In this document: in pieces, positions 25,085-38,370 of the stretch
How the letters are laid out: each line of letters begins with the position of its first letter
How positions within the stretch are numbered: position 1 is the stretch's first letter
Source of the DNA: Paraspadella gotoi
Lineage: Eukaryota; Animalia; Chaetognatha
Direction of reading: 5' to 3'
Assembly: GCA_051294375.1 (NCBI GenBank)
Contig: CM119270.1
Coordinates: 20,854,417 to 20,918,416 of the forward strand
DNA length: 64,000 bases
Position numbers and translations under genes: made by a program
Notes under the pieces: generated by a model
Database searches by the model: none
Told to the model about the DNA's origin: nothing
Seen by the model: the letters and a program-made list of their open reading frames with translations, nothing else

Positions 25085-25240
25085 AAATTGGTACAACCAA
25101 TATAAAAATTATCCATTCATTTAATAAATAACCTATCTTGCCCCTGACTTTGGACAGGCTTTGGTGGTTTAAGGCCTCCATCACTCTTACAAGATATTCA
25201 CTCCCAGAGTACCAGGATTCTCTATCAATGTAGTGGTATG
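25085..25240. repeat. Unclassified dispersed repeat
   Basis: CCCTGACTTTGGACAG.CTTTGGTG..TTAAGGCCT...TCACTCTTAC also at ~37870-38020 (and mirror ~53580-53740); TTGGTACAACCAATATAAAAATTAT also at ~62055. Confidence 0.55.
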
Positions 25241-25682
25241 TTTACTTCTATTATATTATTTTGATGTTTTCTAATATCTTTATATTTAATCTAACCTCTC
25301 GTCTATGAAAGAGTTATTGATTGAGAAGTGATTGAGAATCCAACGATTGACGCCAAATGTTTTGACATAAAGAATAATCTCTCCAATGACGTAATCGATC
25401 GAATTCTTTATCGAAGGTCATCAACTTTCGCTTTTAAATCATCTTCACTTATCTTTTCTGATCTTTCTCTTCTTTTCCTTCTCTATTCTCTTTCAAACCC
25501 TTTCTCCTTTTCTTCTTATCTATTTTCGTCTTTAATTATCTCTTAGTTTCGCTAAGCCTTAATTAACAATAACGAATCTTTTAATTTTTATCTTCTCCTC
25601 CTGTTTTAATATTTTCTTTTTTTTTTCTTTTTCTCCTCCTTTCTTTTCTTCTTCTCTCCTCCTTCCTTTCTTTCCTCCTTCT

Positions 25683-25900
25683 TGTGGAAAAGACGCTAAG
25701 TGGGGCTGAAGAGCGCCATTCGCCACTTCTTTAACCCCCTCTAACAGCCCTGGAACGGGTCCTGGGCTTGGAACCAGGCTTGAGGGTTTTCCAGGTTTAC
25801 GACCGCCTTCAAGCTACCCGCAGGGTTGGTACCATTGGGGATCGATCCCGGTACCTCATGGTCATGAGCTGATGGTATTACTCAATGAATCACCGGGTCA
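25683..25900 (-). mobile_element. Candidate tRNA-derived SINE
   Basis: Minus strand has a B-box-like GGGATCGATCCCC in a tRNA-head-like segment; the body (GCTAAGTGGGGCTGAAGAG...CTTTAACCCCCTCTA...GGAACCAGGCT) recurs at ~58873-59040 with unrelated flanks. Confidence 0.45.
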
Positions 25901-26091
25901 CGACTGAAGCTGCCATGCTTAGAGGCTGGGTGAACTTATTGCAATTCTCGGCTACAATCTCTCTACTCTTTTTCTCCTCATTTCACTTTTTCTTCCTCTT
26001 TCTTTCTTCTCTTCTTTCGTACCTTTTCTTTCCTTTCCTCCGCCCAACGTCTTCCATCATTAAATCCTCTTCACCAAAAATATCAAAATTC

Positions 26092-26128
<37 letters not shown>

Positions 26129-26453
26129 NNNNNNNNNNNNNNNNNNNNNNNNNTTCGTAGACGTTATTTTTACTAGGCTGTAATTTATACATCAGAGGAC
26201 ATGGAACTGATAATTTATTTTGATATAATAAAATTGACTTACGCATATTCAACGCATATCAGCCATTTCTGGAAAACGAGGTCAAAAAGGACCATTATGA
26301 GAAATAGCAAAAAATCGCAAATTCGTTTTTGTATTTTTTGAAGAGTTTTGAGAAGAGAAAGAGGAAGAGGAGGAGGAGGAGGGGAGGAGGAGGAAAAAGC
26401 TAAATGTAAAAGATAAGCAGAATAATTTTAAAGTCGAAACGAGAGGAGAGGAG

Positions 26454-26493
<40 letters not shown>

Positions 26494-29400
26494 AGAGAGA
26501 GAGAGGAGAGAGAAAGAGAGAGAAGAGGAGCAAGTGTAATTGATCTTGTCACAAGATGGCTTTTTTCGAGAAATAGAGACTAGAGAATCATAGCGTGAGG
26601 AAAATCACATTTTTTGATTTGTAAATTTTTAAAGTGTTTTATCCTTAAATTTTCCGTGAAAAACCTTAAAATGATAGAATAACCAAGAGACACGTGTGAA
26701 AAGAATTGTGAATCTTTTAGCTTGGTTCCATTTGTAACTGAATCACGGATCTGTGAGCAGATCAGTCGAATTTCCTTCATCGCATATTCATTTATCGCTC
26801 CTTTTCAGCTGAATCTCTGTCCGTTCCGAGTCACCGTTTTCCTACCTCCGTCTATCACTCGCGTGATTCCTACGACAGACCCCCGTGAATTTTTTTTCTT
26901 ATCGTCTTCGTGGCGAGATCGAAAGACGGACCGGACGACGTCGTGAGATGTCAGAGTTCACGGTTTGGAAAGTGAAATTGGAGTCTTTTTAAAAGGTTGG
27001 ATCTCCCTCTTACTTGCGTGACGAGATCCTTCTGGTTTGCCCGAGGCTTCCGGACGTGCACCATGTTACGTCTTCTTCCTGGAATGGCAGAGGATCTCAG
27101 GCGTGCAGCGAAGCCCTCCTGTACGTACACGCAACGCTACTGCGTTGCCAACAGCATCCTGACGTTGCACGAAGCCATTTCTGGATTTCTTTATGAGGGC
27201 GGGCGCGAAGCGAATTCATATTCTGTGTAATTGAGTTCGAAGACGAGCGCTCGTGCGGAGAAAAGGATTCGGAAGAGTTTCTCTCTTGTCTTGGTTGTTT
27301 GTTGATGTTGTGTTGTCTTGTTGTTTGTTTTGTTTGTTTTAATTCCTTTCCTTAAATTTTAATTGAGAAATATTTATGATTATAGTTTACAATGATTAAA
27401 TACCCTCTTTAGTATTACATTTTTTATTCAATGATAGATAACTAAATTTAAATTTTATTTTTCTCACGATCGAGTTTCGTTATCTTTCTTTTTTTAATTT
27501 AAAATCAATATTTTATTTTTTTTTTCTTCCTCTTCATATTTTTCTTTAAGTTTTATTTCTTTTTTTCTTTTTTTCTTTTTTTTATCTCTATCGAAGGAAA
27601 AATCGATGTCGTAGACCGCGCGTGAAACATCTTTCTTGTTGTTGTTGTCGTCGTCGTATTCGTTGTTCGTTTGTTGTTTTTTATCGCGTTAGATTTATTG
27701 TTTTGTTGGTTGTTTTAAGTCGTTTCTTTTCTTCGGCGTCATCTTTGTCGTCGCGTTGTCGTCATCATCTTCATCATTGTTGTCCTTATTTTGTATCCTT
27801 GTGTTGTAATAATTGTTCTTCTTAATCCTCATCGTCTCTTTTTATTCTTCGCATCGTCATAGTTTCCTTCTTCGCAATCGTCGGGCAGGCCCTTGTTGTC
27901 GTTTTCGTCGTCGGTCTTCAATCGTCGTCATCGTCGTCTCACCAGTTTGCGTGTTGTCGTTTCAGTTAATGCATGGACTTTTAATTTTCCTTTATTTTCT
28001 TTTAGTTGTGAGTGAAAGAAATCGTTATTTCCTTCTATTTGTCTTCTTTATTTTTAAAATTCTTATTTTTTTATTCTCGTTTTTTTTTAATTTTCTTCTT
28101 TATGTCGCGCTCCTTTCTACTTTTCCCCCCGTTTTTATGACCTTGCAAAACGACGGACGGAGTGTGGACGGACGGACGGACGGCAAGGACGACGACGTCC
28201 CCCGTCCTCTTCCTCCCTCTTACTCTCTCCCTGTCTTCCTGTTCCCCCTCTTCCTAGCTCCCCTGTTCCTCCCTACCCTGCCTCCTTCTCTTCTTTCCCC
28301 CTCCCTCTTCATCCCTCCCCCTCTTCTCCCCTCTCTCTTCCTCCCCTCTTCTCCTCTCCCCGTCTTCCTCCCCTCTCTTCCTATCCTCCTGTTCTCCCTA
28401 CCCCTGTTGCTCCTCTCTTCCTCCCCTCTTCATCCTCTCCCCTCTTCTCCCCCTTCCTCTTCCTCCCCCTCTTCCTTCCGTCTTCCTGTTCCTCCCTTCC
28501 CTTTCCCCTGTTTCCCTAACCCTGCCTCCTCTTCCTCTCCCCTCTTCACCCTCTCCCTCTTCTTCCCCCTCTTCCTCTTCCTCCCCTCCTTCTCCATCTC
28601 TCCGTCTTCCTGCCTTCCCCCTCTTTCCTATTTCTCCCCCTGTTCTCCCCCTCTTCTTCCCCTCCCCTCTTCATCCCTCTCCCCCTCTTTCTCTCCTCCC
28701 TCTTCCTTCGTCTTCCTGTTCCTACCTCCCTCTCCTATTCCTTGTTCCTCCCCTACCCTGTTTCCCCCCTCTCCTCCCCTCCCTCTTCATCCTCTCCTCT
28801 TCTCCCCTCTTCCTCTCCTCCCCTCTTCCTCTTTTCCCTCTTCTGCCCTACCCTCTTCCATTTCTCCCCTGTTCCTCCCTAACCCTGTCCCCTCTTTCCC
28901 TCGCCCTCTTCATCCCTTCTTCTCCCCCTCTTCCTCTCCCCCTCTTTCCTTCTACCCCCTCTCCTCCTCTCCCGTTCCTGCCCCTCCCTCTTTCCTATCT
29001 CCTCCCACTGTGTCCCCTGGCCCCTCTTCCTGCCTCCTCTTTCTCCTCTCCTATTCTCCCCCTTCCTCTCCTCCCGTCTTCTCCTTTCCTCCCTCTCTTT
29101 CTCACTTCCCAAGTCTTCCTGCCTCCTCCCCTCTCTCCTACCCCTCTTCTCCCCTCCCTTTGCCCCTCTCTCCCCTCTTCCTTCCTCCCCTCTTCTCCCC
29201 CCTCTTCCTCCCTCTCCTCCTTGAACTAAAAGATTTCGAGTCTTTTATTTTCTTTCTGTTTTTCGCCGCAATTGTCGCTGCGTCGGTCGTCGTCGTGTTG
29301 CCATCGCTGGCTGTTGTGTCCATTTTTCTTCTTTAAAAAAAAACAAAAACCACAATCGATTGCATTTCCTCCAATGCAACCGAACGGAACCATCTGAATG

Positions 29401-32065
29401 CAATCTTGAAAAAAAATAATAGAGAATGAATTCGTCATCGTCGTCTTCGTTTTTTTTATCTTTATTCATCTGATCGGGTCGGTCGCGTCGTCGGCTCCTC
29501 CTCCTCCTCCTCCTCCCTCCTCCAACCTTTGGCGATTTAAAACGTTTCGTCTGCGTTTTGTGTTGTTTTGTTATTACATTCTTTCCTCGCTGTCGTCGTT
29601 TCTCCGATCGCCGTCGTTCCTTGCGTTGATATTGTTTTCCTCTGTCACGTTACGATTTTCGTCAAGTCGGTCGTCGTTCTTTTGTATATCCGAGGTTGTT
29701 ACATGTCTAAACTACTCTTGTTCTTAATAATAAGATTGCATCATTTGTGATATTGCAAAAATTAAGTTTGGATGATTGTCGTTGGTAATTTTCATTGCGA
29801 TTGATTCTCTTGCTGATGGTAGAGATGATTTTGCAGATGTCGAGTTTTTACGAATTCAGTAGGAAATCTTTTTTTATTCGTTGCATTGGGATCACTTTTT
29901 CCTCGATTGCACCAAATATTGTAAGAAAACTGTAAGATTTTGTATCGATGCTTTGTCTTATTATTTCTTCTTTTCTTAATTATAAACTGAATCAGGTAGC
30001 CAAAATGATAATATAAGCAACGGTATTGTCCAAGTATGACCAAAACTCCCACAATATCTTCTTGTTGAGAATCACGGTCGATATCTCATGATCTTGGCTT
30101 AGTTTTTTGTTATTTCCCTTCTCTTTTAATATTATCCATTCGCATAAAAAAATGACGCAATAATGACACAAAATAATCAATATGACGCCAAAATTACCTA
30201 AATTTCGTTTCGCTACGTTCGGAATGATCATCAAGCAAAAGTAGATATAGGGTACACTTTTTTCTGTTTTCGTTACGAAAAGTTAGGTTAATTGAATTAA
30301 TTTCGCGTCAACTGAGTTATGCTTTTTCAAACCTCTATCGAGAGAGAAAAAATATTTTTTAGGATAAAAAAAAATTGTTAATTTTTCATAATGCGTTTCT
30401 TTGAAATTAAAGGATTTCGTTGCGTAATATTTTAAGGACCTACAATCTTTAACTTCCTTTAAAAAATATTTTTTAAATCAATTTTTTTATTCTCTTTCTT
30501 TTAAATTTCCCCTTTTATAATCTCCACCATAAAAGTTGTTTTTTTTTCAAATCTTCTTTTCAACAAATCCACTTGCCAAATATTCCCACTTCATCTATAA
30601 ATAATAAAAATAAATCCCTAATAAAACACTCTCACCCCTCCAAATCCCTTCCCCCAACAGAGAAGAATCCTCTACACATTTTCGATTTTTCTATCTTCCA
30701 AACTTTTATAAACGATTTGTAAGAATTTTTTTTACGAGGATCAAAAAAAAGTAGAAATGTTTACGAATTAGAAAACCGAAAATTTACACACATTTCGGGT
30801 CCAAAAGTTAATTTCGCGAGGACCCACATTTAAAGAGGTGAGGATGATTTTTATCGTTTATCCCTTATCTTTATCATTTATCAACCTTTTTAAAAACGTA
30901 TTCTTACTCATTTAATTCCCTATCATCTATCCTTTAAGCAATTTGTTTTTATTATCACAATCCTTTAGGAATCTGCTCTTCTATTTCCCATCATTTTAAA
31001 AGCAAGGTTCTCAGCTTCTTCCTCATTTCGCAGGGCCTTTTACATCTTCCTCTCTTTCTCCTCCTCCTCTTCCCTTATCCTCCTCCCCCTCCCCTCTTCC
31101 TTCTCCCCAGACTGCGTTTCCCTCTTCTCATTCTTTTCTCGTCCCTCGCTTTAAAACAGGCAGCCTCTCTCTCTCTAATCATTCTCTCCTCTCTTCACTC
31201 TCTCTCTCTCATCTCTCTCATCAGTCCTCTCCTCGCTCTCTTCTTCCTCTCTCTCTCTCTTTTTCCTCATTTATTGAATCTTCCCTATATTTAACGTCTA
31301 CTTTCTTCGTCGGATGAACCGAAAATACATTCTCTCTCTTCTCTCTTCTCTCTCTCATCACTCTTCATCATCTCTCTCCTCTCTAATAATCTCTATCAAC
31401 TCGACCAAGTCAGATTAAATGATTCACGAAATAAACATTTTTTCTCGAACTATTTTCCGATTAACCGAAAAATACTGTGAAGAATGAAATAAACGATCGG
31501 TTTTAACTTCAGGTCACGACCTTTCGGCGCACATTTTACAGTGAGCCGCGTTCGTAAGATGGCTTTTCCTTCGCTAAATTTTTTTTTGTTAATATTGTTA
31601 TTTTGTTTAAGCAGATATTAACTTTAAAACACTCAATACTATCAAAGCCAAAAGATATCACATTCTCGAATTGATGTTTTTGTAAACAAATAACTTGAAA
31701 TACTTTAACAACACTCTTGACAATATCGACATATAAGCAACTCATAAAGCTGGTTCCAGATTCGCCAAAACCAAGAACAACAAAAAATTATCAGTAAAAC
31801 GTCTCCGGGTGTACGATTCGTTTCTTCTACAGTAAATCTGCAAATCCGTGCATATTTTTTTTTCCTCCGACTCTAGCTTTCGAAAGTAAAAACTATCTGC
31901 CTTTTTTTTACTTTTGCCAGAACAACGATCAAATAAATATAATAGAACAAAAAGCGGAATACAAAAAAAATAAAATACCGGATACTGGAATATACCGTAT
32001 TACGCCGAAGGGAAAATATAAACAAAACAAAAAAAACCACATAATACATGTAAATAACAACAAAC

Positions 32066-32326
32066 ATGAACATGTTTGCCCGTCTACTCGTTCGCTGTCG
32101 TCTGATCGGTCTCCGTGTCGGGCGCCTCCGGCTCCGGCGGCCGCCGATCAGCCCGACGAGCCGCCGCCACGCCCCCTGGCGACGTTCGCGCTTCAGCTCG
32201 AATCGCGGAGCAGCGTGACGGACATCAGCGAGAAAAACTGGAGTCGCAGATGAGCAGCGAAGGAAGGATGGAGTGGACGTGATGGAAGCGCTGGAGCGAG
32301 AGGGGGCGTCGAAGCAGAGGAGCGAG
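32066..32326 (+). pseudogene. Frameshifted duplicate of the secreted-protein exon at 22062-22334
   Basis: Same sequence with many 1-nt indels, inside the noisy copy of the 7.2-kb direct duplication. Confidence 0.6.
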
Positions 32327-33477
32327 GTATGAGTGATGGGGAGAATCTGGGGAGGCAGGATGTGGTGATGATGGGGAGGGCTGCTGAGAGGATCCGTTTC
32401 GTTTCGAGGAAACGCCCTGTGAACGAGAAGATTGAAACCGAAATAGACTATAAACATTAAATTTAATGTTGAAATAAAAAATTAAAACTCATAGAGAATT
32501 TAAATGTATTAAACAGGAAAACTTATATCAAACTTTTTAGGTAAATTAAATCTTAGGTAATGGAAGTCAAATTCCAACATTAAATATTATTTTTCAGTGA
32601 AAGGATTACGTAACGATAAAATAATTGAAAGATAAAATAAAGATAGATAATATAAAAACTCGAAAAAATTGAAAAATAAATATATTATTCTAAATGTACT
32701 ATTGTACTTGTATTGTATTTGATTGAATCAACTTTTATAATGGAACCTGATCAACGAATTTAGCTTTAGGTCAAGCGTAAAACCACTGACCAGGCCTGGA
32801 GGGGAAGAGGGGGTCACAGAGCAGGTCTAATGCCACTGAGAAGCAGGGACAGAAAAATAGGCGACAGGCGAACGACCATCGAGAGGATTGTGAGAATTAA
32901 AGTCGAGCAAATTGAGAAATGAAATGAATTTTTAGATAAGGAAACTGCAAGAATGAAAGATAAGAAAGAAAAAAAAAAAAAAAAGAACGAAGAAAGAAAG
33001 AGAAGAAAGAAAGAAGAAGAAAGAAAGAAAGATAGAGATGTAGATACAAGGGAAAAAAAGAAAGGCCAACGGGAGACTGAAAAAAGAAAAGGGACAAAGA
33101 TTAATAGTTTGACTAAAAAGACAAATCAAAAAGGACAAAGAAAGAAAAAGGCAAAGGTAGATTGCACGAAGCAAAGCTGGCGCGCAAAAAAAAAATGGGG
33201 AAGAAGTGCTGGAGCAAAAAGTTGCAGTGCCACCGGCGTCCGACGACACCGTCTTAACGCGCTGCGCCGGAATTCCGGAACAAAATGGGGGGAAACCTTG
33301 CGCGGTCCGTGACCGAAGTCGACCTCCAGGTGCGATGGCTTTTGTTGTCTTCGTCTTCCTCTTCCGCCTCTTCACTTCCGCATTCCTCCTTCCTCTTCCT
33401 CAGAGTTTACGCTGCCTTTGGAACCATTCATACCGAAGATGCGAAATCGCTGACCTCCTCTTCTTAGGGAGAGAGAG

Positions 33478-33511
<34 letters not shown>

Positions 33512-33519
33512 CAGAGAGA

Positions 33520-33580
<61 letters not shown>

Positions 33581-33879
33581 AGCCAGCAGACGCAGCACAT
33601 TTCATCTCATTCGCCCTGAAGGAAAAGCCTCCAGGTTTTGACATAATCTTAAAATTTCAACCTTCTTTTCACTATTTTTCTCTTCTCTTTTCTTTTCACT
33701 TCTCCTCTTCACTTTCTATCCTGCACCCTTTTAACCATTTCTTGTGGTTAGACGTTTGTCTCGTCATTTTCTTTCTTTCCTTTCTATTTCTTGTTCTTTC
33801 TTTCCTTTCTATTTCCTCCATCTGGTACACAAAAGAGAAAGTCCAGTGGAGTATTTCCCTCTTCTCTTCTCACTCTTCA

Positions 33880-33911
<32 letters not shown>

Positions 33912-35829
33912 CTTTCTCTCTCACTCTCCTCACTCTCTCTCTCTCTCTCTCTCTTTTTCCCTGTCCTCAGGGTAAAAGAAAAAAAAAAGAATTTGTTAAA
34001 ACATCATAATCTTAACTTTTTTTCACGATTCTCTCCGCCCCCCTCTCCAAATTCTAAAACTGTTCCAACCTAAACTTTGGCCATCAAACGATTTGCCCCT
34101 TTAGGCACACCCCTTCCCCCATTCCTCTCCCTCCCCCACCCCCCTCCCCCATCCTTTCCTTTCTCCCACCCTCCCCGTTCATTCCACCCTCACTCCTCTT
34201 CCGTCCTTACCGCTCACCTGAGGCCATTTTCTCGCTTCCTCGTACCTTTAGGCGACTCGGTCCTCGAGGCAAAAAGAGGCCAAAGAGTGGCCGATAGCTT
34301 CGCCCCTTTTCCTCCCAATCCTGACCCATAACTTCCTTTTCGATTCGGCTTCCCACTCTCTCTCTCTCCTCTCTCTTCTCTCTCTCTCTCTCTCTTTCTC
34401 TCTTCTCTCCTCTCTCTTCTCCTCTCTCTCTCATCGTCTCTCCTCATCTCATCCTCTCTCTCTCTCTCTGACGTTTATTTTATCAAGAAAGATGACTTAA
34501 AACGGAAAAAAAATCGGAATTTTGAAGGCTTTTGTTTCATGTTTTTTTTCTTTTTTGTTTCTTTTCTCGTGAGATTTGGATCATTCGGATTCGAGCTACA
34601 AATGCGGGCGAGAAGATTTCAATAGGAGAAAAGAGAAGAAGAAAAGAAAACAGATGAAAAAAAGAAGAAAGAGAGAAGANNNNNNNNNNNNNNNNNNNNN
34701 NNNNNNNNNNNNNNNNNNNNNNNNNNNNNNNNNNNNNNNNNNNNNNNNNNNNNNNNNNNNNNNNNNNNNNNNNNNNNNNNNNNNNNNNNNNNNNNNNNNN
34801 NNNNNNNNNNNNNNNNNNNNNNNNNNNNNNNNNNNNNNNNNNNNNNNNNNNNNNNNNNNNNNNNNNNNNNNNNNNNNNNNNNNNNNNNNNNNNNNNNNNN
34901 NNNNNNNNNNNNNNNNNNNNNNNGAGAGAGAGAGAGAGAGAGAGAGAAGGTCAAAGAAGTCATTCCGATGACCGGTTCAACGTCTTCTTTCTCTCTCCTC
35001 TCGTGGTGAGAATAATAAAACATTTAAAAGCTGAATGAAAAAAAATAAGAACAAAAACAAAAAGACATAAAAGAGAGAAAGAAGAAAATAAAAGACAGTT
35101 GAATGACAGCTCTTGACATTGTTGTTGTTGTTGTTATCAACAACTTGTCATTCGTAATTAGATTTTAATTCTGGTAGAAAAAAATGAACCACAAACAAAA
35201 GTTTTGTTTTATGGATTTTTATTTTTATTTTAATTTTAATTTTTATTCTTTTATGGAGAAATAATTTTTCATGGCGTCGTTCGTCTTTTTCTTAATCCGA
35301 TGAGTTGACTAATTTGAAAATAATGTTGTAGCTTTGATATGTATGCTGGTGTTGCAGCTTTGATGTTGTTAAGAATATTTTAGTATAACAGGTGGCTACA
35401 TTATCATTTGTTAATGCAAAAAATCAATAATAAACTTTCAAGTCAATATAATTAAAATTTAGCAAATCCTAATCTGGACACGACAATAGGCAAATGAGAT
35501 TGATGGACACAATTTCATTTGCAAAAAAAAATTACAAATTAATCTACTAAAGTAACTTTGATGAAAAAGCTTATGAGGATGTTGTAACTTTAATGTCGCT
35601 AGTTTTGTTGATGTTGTATCCTTGATGTTGATGACCTCCGATGTTGTAACTTTGAATCTTCGACTTTACCGTTTGTCGTTAGCGCGAATCTTCCGGTTCA
35701 GTTCATTCATCTTTGTTGTTGTTGTCGTCGTCGTTGTTGTTGTTATTGTTGTTACGCATGTTACGATCTCGTCTCGCTCTGCTTTTCCGCCTCACGCTTC
35801 CTCGGACGCCTCTCTGTCTCTCGCTTCAT

Positions 35830-35864
<35 letters not shown>

Positions 35865-38061
35865 NNNNNNNNNNNNNNNNNNNNNNNNNNNNNNNNNNNN
35901 NNNNNNNNNNNNNNNNNNNNNNNNNNNNNNNNNNNNNNNNNNNNNNNNNNNNNNNNNNNNNNNNNNNNNNNNNNNNNNNNNNNNNNNNNNNNNNNNNNNN
36001 NNNNNNNNNNNNNNNNNNNNNNNNNNNNNNNNNNNNNNNNNNNNNNNNNNNNNNNNNNNNNNNNNNNNNNNNNNNNNNNNNNNNNNNNNNNNNNNNNNNN
36101 NNNNNNNNNNNNNNNNNNNNNNNNNNNNNNNNNNNNNNNNNNNNNNNNNNNNNNNNNNNNNNNNNNNNNNNNNNNNNNNNNNNNNNNNNNNNNNNNNNNN
36201 NNNNNNNNNNNNNNNNNNNNNNNNNNNNNNNNNNNNNNNNNNNNNNNNNNNNNNNNNNNNNNNNNNNNNNNNNNNNNNNNNNNNNNNNNNNNNNNNNNNN
36301 NNNNNNNNNNNNNNNNNNNNNNNNNNNNNNNNNNNNNNNNNNNNNNNNNNNNNNNNNNNNNNNNNNNNNNNNNNNNNNNNNNNNNNNNNNNNNNNNNNNN
36401 NNNNNNNNNNNNNNNNNNNNNNNNNNNNNNNNNNNNNNNNNNNNNNNNNNNNNNNNNNNNNNNNNNNNNNNNNNNNNNNNNNNNNNNNNNNNNNNNNNNN
36501 NNNNNNNNNNNNNNNNNNNNNNNNNNNNNNNNNNNNNNNNNNNNNNNNNNNNCCCTTACACTCTCGTTTTCTCCTCTTAGTAGTTAATACTTTTGCAGCA
36601 AAGATTAATTAATTTCCTCTTCTGACTTTTGAGTTCATTCGTTTTACAGTCTTGACTCCGAGAATCTTATTTTTTGTTACAGTTGAAACTCTTGCAACTT
36701 TTTCGTGTTTATTTTTTTTTTAATCAATCAACATATGTTTAATTATATTTACAGTCTATACTCCTTTTCTCTTATTGATTATTGATTTTTTTAATTTTTG
36801 AGCGACTTCTTTTTTTTTATTCAATTTTTACAATCACATTACATATTCATAGATTAAGTTTCAAGAATTTTCTCATCGTTTTCTCGTATCTAGATTACAC
36901 TGATTAGTAAATTTGTAAAAACATTCATTGCCGAAATATTAATAACGACTCAATATTTTAATATGCTAAATAAGCAGATTAGAAGAACGATTTTATTACA
37001 AATTATTGGACTCTTGTTTTATTCGAGTCTTCAGCAGCATTATCAATATGCTAAATAAATATTTTAATATTTCAATATTACCAATATTTTAATTTCATCA
37101 ATATAATCAATAATTTAATATAATCAATATTTTAATATGCTAAATAAAATAGTAAGAGTACAGATCAATGTGGAAAAGTGATAAATTTTGGACCGCCTTA
37201 CCTATTACAGTATTTTTAATGCTATACTCTATTTGTGATAACACTTTCTCTCTACTTCATTTTACACTAAATAATATTTTATTTTGTTCAAATCAGTTTA
37301 CAAACATGACTTGTTCCTGATCTACATTTTAATGTCCAGTCTTACTCTTTCTGCGTTCAATTCAATTTTACAGTCGTGCCTTTTTTTTTCTCTGATCTAT
37401 TTTACAGTCGGGACGCCTTATTCAATTTACAGTCTCGAGTCTCGTATACGATTCTCAGTCTTCGCTTTTTTTTCTGCTTCTTTGCTTCTAATTGATTCTT
37501 TTGCGTCGAGAAAAAGAGGGAAGAGGGTAAAAGCCACTGTGCCGCTTCAACGAGCGACGAAAGCAACTGTGCCGCTTCGTCGAACTGAGAGAAAAAATAG
37601 AGAAATTTGTTCGCATAATTTATGAAGTAAGGTTACGAAGATGTAGCCTTTTTAAGTTGAGTATTATTACAAAGTCTTTTTTTAACATAATAAAAGTCCA
37701 TTTTAGTAGTGTTTTAAATGATAAATCGATTTAAATCATATTCATTCACTAGATGTTAAACTGACTGTAAAATTTGATCAAGAATTGTAAAAATAATCCA
37801 TTCATTCAATGAATCTTGGCCCTGACTAAATAACCCATTCATAAAATATATTCATTCAATGAATCTTGGCCCTAACTTTGGACAGACTTTGGTGAATTAA
37901 GGCCTGCGTCACTCTTACGAGATAATAACATAGCAGGACTATGCAGTATGCACGCTTTCTATCTCACAGTCCAGTTTATTCACTCAGAGTTTCCCTGGTT
38001 TTCCTATCAATGAAGTGGTTTCAAATTTTCATGAGCTGTTTTAATTATATGACTCCCGTAG

Positions 38062-38173
38062 ATTCTGATCTCGTGTCATCTTCACAATTTGGTTTTTTTC
38101 TCGTGAGTCGCGATTCACGCCTTTTCCGAACCGGAAACACCTTCACCTTCACATCAGATTTCGACGGTGAAAA
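38062..38173 (+). CDS. Putative internal exon (D)SDLVSSSQFGFFLVSRDSRLFRTGNTFTFTSDFDGE(N), weakly CUB-domain-like
   Basis: CCCGTAG acceptor and AA|GTGAGG donor; phase joins 38323-38370. TGNxxTFTSD resembles the CUB C-terminal strand. The inverted copy near 53400-53540 differs by indels. Confidence 0.35.
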
Positions 38174-38322
38174 GTGAGGGAAAAAGGTCACTGTGATCTT
38201 TTGAGGGCGCGAGTCCCTTTACATTTCAGTTGTACCCAGATGTAAGGGGGGAGGGGCTGGACGGATCTTAATCTTCCTCCTCCTCCTCCTCCTCCTCCTC
38301 CTCCTCTTCCTTCCTTCCCCAG

Positions 38323-38370
38323 TTATGACGATTTTCGGCCGAAGGATTTTTTATCCGTGAAGTTCGTTCG
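38323..38370 (+). CDS. Putative short exon (N)YDDFRPKDFLSVKFV(R)
   Basis: Long (TCC)n pyrimidine tract + CCCAG acceptor, CG|GTGATT donor; open in phase 2 after 38173; a further acceptor TTTGGCAG at 38451. Confidence 0.33.

Larger units (their letters stand above)
16360..33490. repeat. ~7.2-kb direct duplication (16360-23590 vs 26165-33490), second copy indel-rich
   Basis: Colinear throughout; second copy starts right after a 25-N gap; copies diverge at a (GA)n tract. Confidence 0.95.

Noticed and set aside
35622-36612. ORFs of ~300 aa
   Set aside because: They run through an N gap.
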